Source: a virus (Duplodnaviria > Caudoviricetes). From it: a stretch of 34,794 nucleotides of DNA. How positions within the stretch are numbered: position 1 is the first letter of the stretch; the number at the start of each line of letters is the position of its first letter. Below, one piece after another: positions 16,710 to 26,926 of the stretch. A program made the translations under genes and the position numbers. Location: positions 1 to 34,794 of the IMG/VR virus record IMGVR_UViG_3300038675_000203. One strand, written 5' to 3'. The notes beneath the pieces were generated by a model. It ran no database searches. It was not told where the DNA came from and saw only the letters and a program-made list of their open reading frames with translations.

Positions 16710-17785
16710 ATATAACTGTGGACACTTCTGGATTATATCCGGTAGCATCCAGAGATAATGGTACGCTCGCCATAGTTGGTGTTGGTGATACCTCAGTTAG
16801 TGGTTCTATGGTTCCAGTAAAATTAACATCATATGCTGAAGTTGATGCGCTGTATCCAGATGATTCTGATTTATCACGGGCGCTTAAATTAGCATTTGCT
16901 AATGGTGCTGCAGCAATTTGGGCTGTCGATACTAAAGTAGAGAAAACACTGGATGCCATTGAAGATGCACTTGAGACATTAGAAACAAAGGATGTGCAGA
17001 TAGTAGTTATCGCAAATACTGTAGAAACTGACAGTGATACATATATTTCAACAGCGCTGGCTAATCACGTTGCCGCCGGTATGACAGATCGTGTCGGTGT
17101 ATTTATGCTGGCAAGTGGCGAAGATGTTGATACCATGCCAACCGCTATTAGTACTATGAAAACGGCCGGTAATAACCGCATGATTGCCATAGCTCACAAC
17201 TCTGGTGAAGATGTTGCAGCGGCCGTCGGTGGTATTTTAGCAACTATCAAGCCGTGGGAATCTGTAGTTAATAAAGCTATATCTGGCGTTGCTAATGATA
17301 GTGATTTCACCACAACTCAAATGACTGCATTTAATAGTGCACAGATAAACTTTATATTTGATCCGCTGTATTTAGCTGGAACAACTAACGTTCTTAGAAG
17401 TGGATATACACTTGGTACCGCAGCCGAGGGAATTAATTATATTGATGTTCGTAGGACAATTGATGACATTTCTTATAAACTTAAAGTCGGATTAACTAAT
17501 CCAAACGTAATTGGTAATCTTAGAATTAATAGAGCTGGTATTGCTGAATTAATTGGTTATATAGCTGGTATCATGCAGCCCTGTGTTAACAGTGGCGAAA
17601 TTGATTCCTTTGATATTAATATACCAATCGCAGCCGTGCTGGCTAAAGATATTGATGAGCGTACAAATGGTGAAGCTGCAATTTTAAAAGCAGCCAGAAC
17701 ATCAAGAACTGTCACCGGTTCTGTTGTAATAGAGTACTCTGGTGCCATCCATACATTAAACTTAACACTCAACTATGTTGCATGA
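16697..17785 (+). CDS. Contractile tail sheath protein (compact, 362 aa)
   Basis: LAIVG, AFANGA..IWAV, AAAVGG, INFI, YIDVRRTIDDI, GEIDSF motifs; followed by a tube gene. Confidence 0.85.
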   Translation: MQFVNITVDTSGLYPVASRDNGTLAIVGVGDTSVSGSMVPVKLTSYAEVDALYPDDSDLSRALKLAFANGAAAIWAVDTKVEKTLDAIEDALETLETKDVQIVVIANTVETDSDTYISTALANHVAAGMTDRVGVFMLASGEDVDTMPTAISTMKTAGNNRMIAIAHNSGEDVAAAVGGILATIKPWESVVNKAISGVANDSDFTTTQMTAFNSAQINFIFDPLYLAGTTNVLRSGYTLGTAAEGINYIDVRRTIDDISYKLKVGLTNPNVIGNLRINRAGIAELIGYIAGIMQPCVNSGEIDSFDINIPIAAVLAKDIDERTNGEAAILKAARTSRTVTGSVVIEYSGAIHTLNLTLNYVA

Positions 17786-17795
17786 GGTAAAATAA

Positions 17796-18245
17796 ATGGC
17801 AGATTGGACTACAAGATTAGGTATTAAACTTGTGAAGACAAGTGGACAGGAGTCAGCGATTACTCCTATTGACACTTTTTCACCGAAAGTAGAAACGCCG
17901 CATGATATTATAGATTCTATAGATGCGGAAAATATTGGATTTTCTAAAAAGAATCGTAGATTTACATTCGATTTCACAGTAAAAGCTGCAAATACTGCGG
18001 CATTTAGAGAACTATATGCATATGCAATCAATGGCGGAAAGTTTGATATTGCTATGTATAATGTACACTCTGATAGAAACGAATGGGTTTTCGATTCAAT
18101 GAAATATAAGAACTGTCGTTGTGTATCTGTCACTCCAAGTGATGTAACCAATGATGGTGGAATTCCAAGTATGACATTCTCATGTATATGTCTGAATGTT
18201 GTTGCAAGTAAACTTGGCGAGAGTACAATAGATACAGGAAACTAA
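17796..18245 (+). CDS. Tail tube protein
   Basis: 149-aa beta-rich protein directly after the sheath; GAGGT SD. Confidence 0.75.
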   Translation: MADWTTRLGIKLVKTSGQESAITPIDTFSPKVETPHDIIDSIDAENIGFSKKNRRFTFDFTVKAANTAAFRELYAYAINGGKFDIAMYNVHSDRNEWVFDSMKYKNCRCVSVTPSDVTNDGGIPSMTFSCICLNVVASKLGESTIDTGN

Positions 18246-18291
18246 GGTTTCCTGATTTTAAAATATTACGAAGTAATGGAGGAATAATTTT

Positions 18292-18717
18292 ATGGATACA
18301 TTTGATATTAAAGAACTTATCCTTAAGGGTAAGCGCGCGGTTAGAGAATATACAATCCCAAATATTGGAAAAGTATTTGTTAGACCATTGACTGATTTAG
18401 AATTGAGTAAGGGCGAGATTGCAATGATTAGCGAAATCAAAGACGCTAAAACTCGCGCATATATACTTGGTAAATCAGAAGATGTTGATGGCGTTGACTT
18501 TACTGCGATAGCAGAAGCTAGCGTTCATGCAAATATTATGATTGCTTATATGGCTATGAAAGATTTTGCCAAGGGCGAATTCACTATTGAATTGGTTGAA
18601 CAACTCCCAGGTATAAATGGTTTGGCCGCATTTGTGAGAGAAATTTCCGGTGCTCAAAAGAATATAGATGAGGCAGCAGCTGCAGTTGCAGAAATTAAAG
18701 ACTTTCGTAAAGAGTGA
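18292..18717 (+). CDS. Tail assembly chaperone (gpG-like)
   Basis: Between tube and tape measure; KVFVRPLT motif; ends ...DFRKE with an in-frame TTT-CGT. Confidence 0.75.
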   Translation: MDTFDIKELILKGKRAVREYTIPNIGKVFVRPLTDLELSKGEIAMISEIKDAKTRAYILGKSEDVDGVDFTAIAEASVHANIMIAYMAMKDFAKGEFTIELVEQLPGINGLAAFVREISGAQKNIDEAAAAVAEIKDFRKE

Positions 18718-18988
18718 AGATGGTCAATTATATGACTATCTTTTTCATTCAGAGCGCACACAATATTCACTCGGCGATGCCAGTGAATTAACACGTTTAC
18801 AATTACTATTTATAGTTCAGTGTCAGGTTGTATATGCAGAAAAATTAGATGATTTAGAAAAGCGTAATAAGCATGCCGATAATCCATTGACTATATACGA
18901 TACTGATGATACAGAGACGCGAACTCATAAATTGGCAATGATCGATGAAATGATTCGTGCCAGCGGGCAGGATTTAGAATATGAGTAA
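18704..18988 (+). CDS. Frameshifted extension of the tail chaperone (gpT-like, +1 frame)
   Basis: Open +1 frame overlapping the chaperone end and running into the tape-measure start. The track ATG at 18668 has no evident SD. Confidence 0.65.
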   Translation, partial: FVKSEDGQLYDYLFHSERTQYSLGDASELTRLQLLFIVQCQVVYAEKLDDLEKRNKHADNPLTIYDTDDTETRTHKLAMIDEMIRASGQDLEYE

Positions 18989-21173
18989 TAAAGAACAGGT
19001 CAACCTAAATATTAATATTCAGTTGCAACATATACGTGAAGCGTTTGCCGAACTTAAGAAAGTTCAAAATGTTGTAAAAAATATTACTATTACAAATAAT
19101 AAAACCTTTAATGGTAATAGCGGCTCTAGAACTTTTGTTAAAAATATTTATTCTAATATGGAAAAAGCCCAGCATGCCGCTGATCAAAAGGTATTATATT
19201 ATTATGATAAAGGTAAAAATGTTGTAGCTAAAAATTTAACAGCGGTTGACAATGTTATTGCTCAAAGTAGTCAAAAAACCACTCAACAGCTAGAAAGAGA
19301 TATTAAACGTACACTATCTTATACAGATAAACTTATGATTGATACTGCAAAAACGCAGGTATCTGTTGATGAGCAAACCGTTAAAACACGTAATCGTATT
19401 GATTATGCATATGCAAAAACTAAAATTGATATAGAAAAGAATGCTGCCAACGTATCACAGAAAGCCTGGACAGATTCTATCAAACAGGCATTTAGTATAC
19501 ACATTATTCAAATGTATGTTGCACCATTCGTTCAAGCTTTAAATCAATTATTACAGACAACACTTACTACATTCGCTGAATTTGATGCATATTATGCTGA
19601 TTATCTAGCAAAGTCTATAGATTTTAAAGATGTTGTCAGTCGTGAAACTATATTTGCTGGCGGTGTCAATCAAGTTTATAGTATAAATAATATGGCAGAT
19701 GCTATGGAGCGTTTCTCAGCATCTGGAATCGATCTAACACAAAATCAGCAAGCATTAACTGATGTATTAGAGTTATCAGTGACTGCTGCTATATCATATG
19801 ATGAAGCGGCTAATGCTGTAATTAAAACGCAAGAAGCATTTAAATTATCAATTGAAGATTCCACAATGATAGTTGATGCGCTTACTAATGCTGCCAACTC
19901 ATCAACTGCTGAATTGAAAGATTTAACAGAATGGTTCGGATATGCCAGTGGCATGGCACATGAAACTGGAATTAATGTACAGCAATTAGCAGCATATCTT
20001 GGTATTCTGTCATCAACAGGTATGAAGAGTGCTGGTACAGCCATACGTCAAATGCTTGTGCAAATGACTGATGCGAATGTGCGTGAGAAATTAGATGCAA
20101 TATTTGGTCAGAAATTTGATTATATGCAAATGGACGAAACATTGCTTAAGATGCGCGAGTTCGTACAAAATTCTAGCAGTCAGGCAGAAGTTATGCAGCG
20201 CATCTCAAATGCACTGGGTGGAAAAGTTAACGCTCGTGAAGCATTGTCAAGATTATTAACTGCTGATGAAGCAACATGGTCACGTATAATGACCGCCACT
20301 GAACGTAGTGGTACGGCTGCCGCGCTGTTTGACACAATGACTAATAATGCCGCTGGCAATCTTAGTAAAATTAAAAATAATATAACAATTATATTGGCGC
20401 AAATTGGAGAGGCATTTAGTCCAATTCTAAAAGTATTAGTTGTTGTAACCGGTTGGATTGCCAACTTTATAAATGCTGCACCAAAGTTTTCAAAATACTT
20501 GCTTGGTGGATTATTGTTATTAGCTGGCGCATTTGCAGCTATAATAACTGCTCTGGCAACATTAGTTGGATTATTTTATATGTCATCAGCCGCAGTTAAT
20601 ATGTTTGATAAAGGTACACTTAGAGCAGCATTTAGTTTAAAATCACTAGCAGTTACAATGACACAATTATCAATTCTTATGTTTGAGCATGTAACTGTTA
20701 CAGAAGCGGCTGCTATGGCTGAAGAGCGTCTTGCCAGTGCAACAAATTTATCGGTTATGGCTAACAAGAATATGAAATATGGAATGTTAGCTGGTGTTGG
20801 TGCAATGGCCTCATATATGGGATACCAATATGCTATGGAACAGCAGGCTTATAGTTTAGCATTTGCTCTTAATTTAGTTACATCCGCGCTCAGTGGTATA
20901 GCAGTTGGTGCTACCATCGGCGGTCCAGTTGGTGCATTACTCGGTGGAGCCGTCGGCCTCGGTAGTGCATATATGGGTCAATCTAATATTGATAGAGCTA
21001 AAGAAGAATCGACGCTATCACGGCGTCAGAGCGCTTGGTATGGGAAAAATAATGTCACTCAGTATAATGATACTGGTGCAAAAAATTATTTTAGTATTAG
21101 TACTATGAATGTTAATGGTGTACAAGATACTAACACATTGGCTACTGAATTATTATATGAGAGTGATTATTAA
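18981..21173 (+). CDS. Tail tape measure protein
   Basis: 730 aa, Ala-rich and helical; TP901-like core (IVDALTNAANSS..L..W..YASG.A...G); hydrophobic C-terminal segments. Confidence 0.93.
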   Translation: MSNKEQVNLNINIQLQHIREAFAELKKVQNVVKNITITNNKTFNGNSGSRTFVKNIYSNMEKAQHAADQKVLYYYDKGKNVVAKNLTAVDNVIAQSSQKTTQQLERDIKRTLSYTDKLMIDTAKTQVSVDEQTVKTRNRIDYAYAKTKIDIEKNAANVSQKAWTDSIKQAFSIHIIQMYVAPFVQALNQLLQTTLTTFAEFDAYYADYLAKSIDFKDVVSRETIFAGGVNQVYSINNMADAMERFSASGIDLTQNQQALTDVLELSVTAAISYDEAANAVIKTQEAFKLSIEDSTMIVDALTNAANSSTAELKDLTEWFGYASGMAHETGINVQQLAAYLGILSSTGMKSAGTAIRQMLVQMTDANVREKLDAIFGQKFDYMQMDETLLKMREFVQNSSSQAEVMQRISNALGGKVNAREALSRLLTADEATWSRIMTATERSGTAAALFDTMTNNAAGNLSKIKNNITIILAQIGEAFSPILKVLVVVTGWIANFINAAPKFSKYLLGGLLLLAGAFAAIITALATLVGLFYMSSAAVNMFDKGTLRAAFSLKSLAVTMTQLSILMFEHVTVTEAAAMAEERLASATNLSVMANKNMKYGMLAGVGAMASYMGYQYAMEQQAYSLAFALNLVTSALSGIAVGATIGGPVGALLGGAVGLGSAYMGQSNIDRAKEESTLSRRQSAWYGKNNVTQYNDTGAKNYFSISTMNVNGVQDTNTLATELLYESDY

Positions 21174-22936
21174 TGATAGCTGGATCAAGACTTGGGGGTA
21201 GTGCATATATATGGACTGATAAACGCGGCGGTAATCATATAATAGATTTAGGAACGCGTGTTGTTAATAGTGAACTTAGTTATTTAGATGATAATAATCA
21301 GCGCGTTTATTATTCTATACCCACGATTCAGAATGTATCTGTACAACAGAATGTTACACTTCCAACACATCCCACGCTTGATAATTCATATATTCAACAA
21401 TTTGCAAAAGAAAATCCTGCAAAAATAAATTTCGACATGATTCTTGCTGAAGAACTGTTCACAAATTTTGATGTACTTGCAGAGGATGGTTCAGTTGAAC
21501 AGCGCGATTTGACAACCGATGAATTTATAGAACTACAAGATAATGAAGATGTGTCAATTGATGATATATTAGATGACACTGGTATGTATTCTGTAAAAGA
21601 TCTCATTGGTATATTTGAAGATATTAGAAGCAATCGCCGCGTATTCACACTAACGACAAATCTACAGATGAATGACTTACTTGATAATTTGGTTATATCA
21701 AGTATTTCATATGTGGCAGATAAAGAGTCGCGCAGCGTGGTTGCATGTTCAATTGAAGCCGAGCGCGTTCATTTTGCGCAGATAAAATATGCGACTTTAG
21801 ATGCTGAAGAAGTAAACGGATTAATGGTTAATAGTTCTGATAGCGCACTAGCAAGTGATGAAATTTATGCAGATTACACATTGGGTGCTGATGGAGATTT
21901 TGCATTTTCTGATACTGGTTTAGAAGCATTCAGTAATTTCTTACTTAATAAAGAGTCGGACATTCATGTTAGATTTGGTGATGCCATGACTGAATACTGT
22001 AAGAAAAATGGATTATCAACTCCAGTACCATTATATATATTAACTCAAGAAATTGATAGAAATCAAACAGATTCATCAAATCTGGTATACTCATTTAGAT
22101 TTCCATCAGACTTCGGTATAAATATTACAGGTGAAACTCAGAGTAAAGATCGTGGTGCTGCATATGAATTTTATACATATAAAATAAAATTTGGATTTGG
22201 CGGACACAAAGAATGTAAAATTAAAGATATATATTGGTATGGTAATGCACGTCTTGGTGAAGATATTGCAGAAGTTGGAGACAATATATCATCCAGTATT
22301 ATTGGTACCAATCGTTTAGCAGCATTAAATCCATTTAGAGACGATTTAGACACACCAAAGTTTCATAATGGAGTGTTAGATCGCGAAACAGGATTATATG
22401 ATCTAGTCGAGTCTTATAATTTTTTAGGTGTTACATATAACACTGAAAAGCGATTAAAATATAAAGATGTTAAATCAGCATTGGCTAGTGCTGGAGCTGA
22501 ATACGTATCAACAACTCCATCAACTATATCTAGTGGACAACTGACAATACGCGGCGATGGCGCTGATAAACTTTTACACAATGGTTATGTACAGGGATAC
22601 GAATGTAAAACATTATTCCCGTCTATAAAAGTATCAGCCCAGGATTCTGGCGATGGTCCATATGGATCAGCAACCGAACTATTTCAGCGCGGTGAAATTG
22701 ATTGGCAGTTTGGTAAATTACGCGTACAATTTAGTATTAAAGTTGGTTATGAATCACTTGCTGCAAATCGTAATAAAATACTAGATTATTGGAAACGTGA
22801 AATAACAGGTGGGTCTGAGTATATAGATGTACATTATGGTGTATTATTTGTTGGTGCCAAAGTATTAATTATAATGTTCAATCCAAGTGTTATGAACTCA
22901 CGAACTGTAGTTAAAACACAATCGGCGGTGGAGTGA
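21173..22936 (+). CDS. Baseplate/tail-tube initiator (Dit-like N-terminal domain) with long C-terminal extension
   Basis: Follows the tape measure; TLPTHP...YIQ...ENP and LDNLVISSIS motifs in the first ~200 aa. Confidence 0.55.
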   Translation: MIAGSRLGGSAYIWTDKRGGNHIIDLGTRVVNSELSYLDDNNQRVYYSIPTIQNVSVQQNVTLPTHPTLDNSYIQQFAKENPAKINFDMILAEELFTNFDVLAEDGSVEQRDLTTDEFIELQDNEDVSIDDILDDTGMYSVKDLIGIFEDIRSNRRVFTLTTNLQMNDLLDNLVISSISYVADKESRSVVACSIEAERVHFAQIKYATLDAEEVNGLMVNSSDSALASDEIYADYTLGADGDFAFSDTGLEAFSNFLLNKESDIHVRFGDAMTEYCKKNGLSTPVPLYILTQEIDRNQTDSSNLVYSFRFPSDFGINITGETQSKDRGAAYEFYTYKIKFGFGGHKECKIKDIYWYGNARLGEDIAEVGDNISSSIIGTNRLAALNPFRDDLDTPKFHNGVLDRETGLYDLVESYNFLGVTYNTEKRLKYKDVKSALASAGAEYVSTTPSTISSGQLTIRGDGADKLLHNGYVQGYECKTLFPSIKVSAQDSGDGPYGSATELFQRGEIDWQFGKLRVQFSIKVGYESLAANRNKILDYWKREITGGSEYIDVHYGVLFVGAKVLIIMFNPSVMNSRTVVKTQSAVE

Positions 22937-23895
22937 TGGATAGTAAAACTCTCACTAAAGCATATTGTAATATTAAACGTATGCGCACGGATGCTGTTGA
23001 ATTACGTGAACGTATAAATACACAGTTTGGCGATGAGTCTAAATATTTAGAATTATTGGGCCAAGAGAGTTTAAATCCATCAATGATATTATCAGCACAA
23101 TATAAACAAGCTAATAAAAATGTTAATATTTTAGAATTTGATAGCACACAATTAGACATAGATGTCACTATAGATTTTGATGAAACTACAACCTTCGAAG
23201 TTGTAGTTTGGAATCTTAAAGATGAAAAAGAAATAATTGTCGATGATCAATTAGAAATTAAACTTTACTGGGATGGTTACACCCGCCCAACTGATATGCT
23301 AGTAATCAGTGGATTTGTTACATCTATTGCTCGTAAAAACGATGGAGCTGATATGATGTATACATTTAAGGGTGATATAACTGCTGATTGGGCATTGACA
23401 TATTTAAAGGTTTTAACAGTTCCGGTGCACATTAGAACTACAAATAATCTAGTTGAAGTTATAAAGCATGCTGGTATACGTATGGTTAAAACCCCTGATG
23501 GTACACTTCCTAGACAATTTTTAATTAAAGATAAAATTTCTGTGCGAGAAGTTCTTAATAATGCGCTCACTGCATTTGGTCCTGAGTACACATGGTCTCT
23601 CATGAATGATGTAATTATATTTCATAAATCCGATAAATATATATCTAGCACTTTAGATGTGATAGATTTAAATAATTCCGATGTTATCGATTATGAAATA
23701 GTAGATGATAGAATGCATTTAAAAACTTTTGGTTTACCAGAATTAGATGTAGGAAGCATCTTTAGATATTTGGAACAGTCGTATATAGTTGATACTATAA
23801 AACACACGTTCACTCATTCTGGTGGATATTTATGTGATATATATTCGGGGGCAAGTTCCAATGCAAATGAAGAGCAACCGTTCATCGATGAATGA
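22933..23895 (+). CDS. Baseplate hub protein
   Basis: 320 aa; VWNL, ISGFV, and C-terminal YIVDTIKHTFTHSGGY typical of gp27/gpD-like hubs. Confidence 0.7.
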   Translation: MMDSKTLTKAYCNIKRMRTDAVELRERINTQFGDESKYLELLGQESLNPSMILSAQYKQANKNVNILEFDSTQLDIDVTIDFDETTTFEVVVWNLKDEKEIIVDDQLEIKLYWDGYTRPTDMLVISGFVTSIARKNDGADMMYTFKGDITADWALTYLKVLTVPVHIRTTNNLVEVIKHAGIRMVKTPDGTLPRQFLIKDKISVREVLNNALTAFGPEYTWSLMNDVIIFHKSDKYISSTLDVIDLNNSDVIDYEIVDDRMHLKTFGLPELDVGSIFRYLEQSYIVDTIKHTFTHSGGYLCDIYSGASSNANEEQPFIDE

Positions 23896-24316
23896 ACTTT
23901 TAACAAAGATTAAAACATGGATTCATGATGTTTTTAATCGTGACTTTTTTTCACTATATGAAGGAGTTGTTGAATCATATGACACAACGAATTCAATTGT
24001 ATCTGTAAGAATACCAGAATTATCTGATATTCAAATACATGATTGTAGATACGCTTACCCGGCGCGCGGTATAAAATTTCCATTGCGCAGTGGTGATCAT
24101 GTAATTATTGGATTTTTATCATTTGATATTTCCAGACCGATAGTGTTTGGATATTTACCGGCTACAGATGTACCGGAAGCATTTACTGAAAATACGTTCA
24201 TATTAGAAAATGGTAGTTCTAAATTAACTATTACATCCAATGCAATTACATTAGAATCTGGAGCTATTACAGCCAATGGTGAAGATTTGACATATGATGA
24301 TGAGGGATCAATGTGA
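23888..24316 (+). CDS. Baseplate central spike (gpV/gp45-like)
   Basis: OB-fold motifs GVVESYD..VSVRIP and P...GDHVIIGF...RPIVFG, then short beta repeats. ATG 23888 overlaps the hub stop; the track start is 23822. Confidence 0.75.
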   Translation: MNELLTKIKTWIHDVFNRDFFSLYEGVVESYDTTNSIVSVRIPELSDIQIHDCRYAYPARGIKFPLRSGDHVIIGFLSFDISRPIVFGYLPATDVPEAFTENTFILENGSSKLTITSNAITLESGAITANGEDLTYDDEGSM

Positions 24317-24678
24317 GTTATGGTAAAACTATTAAATTAACAGATGACTATGATTGGTCATTTAATACCCACAAATCTTTAGAAATGGTTAGCGGCACTG
24401 ATAATTTAGTTCAAAATGTAAATATTATATTGAACACATTTGAGGGTGAACACCCATTTGTTGCTAACTTTGGTACGAGACTTCAGGATCTAATTGGTAG
24501 AAGCGTGTCTGATAATTTTATTAAATATACATTGCGCAATGCATTATTGAAAGATCCAAGAATTAAAGCTATACGTAATATAAGCATCACACGCAATAGA
24601 AGTGTTGTGACTGCTAAAATAACAATACAAACAATGAGTGCTGAACTCATTGATATTAGGAGTATAACACAATGGTAG
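24313..24678 (+). CDS. Baseplate wedge/sheath initiator (gp25/gpW-like)
   Basis: SGTDNLVQ..L.T..GE.PF..NFG..L and ALLKDPRIKAI. Confidence 0.85.
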   Translation: MSYGKTIKLTDDYDWSFNTHKSLEMVSGTDNLVQNVNIILNTFEGEHPFVANFGTRLQDLIGRSVSDNFIKYTLRNALLKDPRIKAIRNISITRNRSVVTAKITIQTMSAELIDIRSITQW

Positions 24679-26261
24679 TCACATCAAATGGTTTTACAAG
24701 AAAAACTTATTCTGATATAATGACAGATATGGAAACGGCGCTGAAACATTCGTTTGGTTCAGATGTTGATCTGTCACCTGGAAGTCCTATAAATTTAATC
24801 ACAAATTTATTTGCCGTCGAATTATCGAAAGCTTGGCTTACGCTTGAAGATGTTTATAATTCAGCATTTTTAAATACTAGTGCTGGAACAGCACTTGAGA
24901 ATATTGGTGCTATAGTTGGTGTATCTCGCGACATGGGCTCTAAAGCAACTGGTGAAGTTACATTCTTAAGAACCACGCCACTGCCAAGTGGAAGTATTAG
25001 AACGATACCTGCTGGTACGATTATCAAATCTAATGAAGAATATCCACTGAAATATGTTACAACACAATCAGTGTATATGTATCCAACTATCAATGATGAA
25101 ACTGCTACAATTATTGATCAGTCGAAATTTTCACTTGAAAATTATGTGGGCGAGGTTATTAGTATAAGCGGTTCTAATGGCGCTGATTATGTAAGTAATA
25201 TTGATACAGTGTCCGGCCGTGTTGTATATCTAAATACATTATATCCAGAGAATACTAATTTAAGTGTTACTTATAAACCAATAAGTATTACAGCTCCTGT
25301 AGAAGCTCTAAACATCGGATATGTTTATAATGCTATACCCGGAATGTTAACATTAATGGAAACCCAACCTTCATTTATACACTCTGTCACTAATGAATAT
25401 TACATTGTTGGTGGAAAAGATGTTGAATTAGACATTGAATTACGTGACAGAATTGCTGGTACAGCCGAGGCATTGGGTAATGCAACTAAAGTTGCTATAG
25501 ATTTTAAATTACGACAGGTAGATAATGTTTCAAATGTTGTGGTAAAAGATGTTGTATTGACACAGTATACAGAAAATATTACTGCATCTGGATCTAATAC
25601 ATTTACATTAGCACATACTCCATTATATACAATTAATTCAATAAGTGGTTCAGTCTCTGGAACAATGACATATAGCTCATTCCATGATGTTACTGGAGTT
25701 GTAACTTTAAATGAAACAACATCCAATGGCGAAGATTTAGAAATTGTGTATCACGCCGAATCAGATTTAGATACTGAAGTTTTTGGTCAGGGGTTAATTA
25801 AAGTGTTCGTTGCGGGCGGCGAGGTTGCAGATATAGTTAATGTGTTAGAGAATACGCGCGCAGCCGGTATACAAGCTATTGGTTATAATAGTGGTAGTTC
25901 AATGGCATACGGCTCTGCATTATATCCATTCTCATGGTTCTATAGATTATACGATGCTATCGTTGATATTCAATTACACATCTACTATGAAGATGATGTT
26001 GAACCAGATGACGAAGAAGCGTTAATTATTCAGATTAGAGAAGCTATAACTAATTATGTTAATAGCCGCGGACTTGGTGAAAAGGTCTGGAAAAACCAGA
26101 TTGAAAAAGTTGCCATGAACTGTGCACCAGACATTATTGCATCTGTAGATATAATTGAAATTACAATGAATGGAGAAACTCAAGACGAACATCCAAGGTA
26201 TCTTGTATCATCTGATGAATATATGCCAACCACAGGCTTAATTGTGATCGGTGTTCAATAA
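24672..26261 (+). CDS. Baseplate J-like (gp47) wedge protein with inserted domains
   Basis: GFTRKTY.DI, AGTALENIG..VGV.R, ATGEVTF, GGKDVELD.ELR.RI, RAAGI motifs. Confidence 0.9.
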   Translation: MVVTSNGFTRKTYSDIMTDMETALKHSFGSDVDLSPGSPINLITNLFAVELSKAWLTLEDVYNSAFLNTSAGTALENIGAIVGVSRDMGSKATGEVTFLRTTPLPSGSIRTIPAGTIIKSNEEYPLKYVTTQSVYMYPTINDETATIIDQSKFSLENYVGEVISISGSNGADYVSNIDTVSGRVVYLNTLYPENTNLSVTYKPISITAPVEALNIGYVYNAIPGMLTLMETQPSFIHSVTNEYYIVGGKDVELDIELRDRIAGTAEALGNATKVAIDFKLRQVDNVSNVVVKDVVLTQYTENITASGSNTFTLAHTPLYTINSISGSVSGTMTYSSFHDVTGVVTLNETTSNGEDLEIVYHAESDLDTEVFGQGLIKVFVAGGEVADIVNVLENTRAAGIQAIGYNSGSSMAYGSALYPFSWFYRLYDAIVDIQLHIYYEDDVEPDDEEALIIQIREAITNYVNSRGLGEKVWKNQIEKVAMNCAPDIIASVDIIEITMNGETQDEHPRYLVSSDEYMPTTGLIVIGVQ

Positions 26262-26926
26262 TGCCACAGTATATAGTTGATGATTGGGAATATGTAACAC
26301 TAACTTCATCAGAAATTAGTGGATCATTAATTCTTCCAACGGCTATCAGTGGTTCTGTAGAATCAGAAATTATAGATTTAACGAGTAAGCATACTGGCCT
26401 CACGGCCATATATGTTGATGCATTTGATGTTGATATCTATTATATAACTGATACCAGCACTGAATGGACACTGGCTGAGCCGACGCTGCTAACTGAACAT
26501 ATATTAATACCATTTGGCGGCCAGTTCTGTACACAATATGATATCGCATATTTAGAAAATTTACAAACAGAAGTTGCTTATCGACAGGGTGAAGAATTAA
26601 ATCCGTCTAACCTCGTTGGATTTGCGCGCGTTGGATATTCAACAATTGATGATGGAACATATACAGAGGCGCCGATTCTTGATGGTATATTTGTAGAGAA
26701 TAATTATGTCAGAATATCTAATGAATCACTGCTGCCAGCACGCACAAATATAAGTGTTGTGTATAAACCCACAATTCCAGTGTTAAGTGGAATTGGTAGA
26801 TATTTAGTTTTAAAGGTAATATTTAAATCTATGGACTCATATCTATCGAGTATTACAGTTGATTTTAAATTAAATACATTTACAAATGTTATGCATGGTG
26901 TACCAACATTTTATAGGAGAATATAA
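26261..26926 (+). CDS. Hypothetical baseplate-associated protein
   Basis: 221-aa beta-rich ORF translationally coupled on both sides. Confidence 0.55.
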   Translation: MPQYIVDDWEYVTLTSSEISGSLILPTAISGSVESEIIDLTSKHTGLTAIYVDAFDVDIYYITDTSTEWTLAEPTLLTEHILIPFGGQFCTQYDIAYLENLQTEVAYRQGEELNPSNLVGFARVGYSTIDDGTYTEAPILDGIFVENNYVRISNESLLPARTNISVVYKPTIPVLSGIGRYLVLKVIFKSMDSYLSSITVDFKLNTFTNVMHGVPTFYRRI

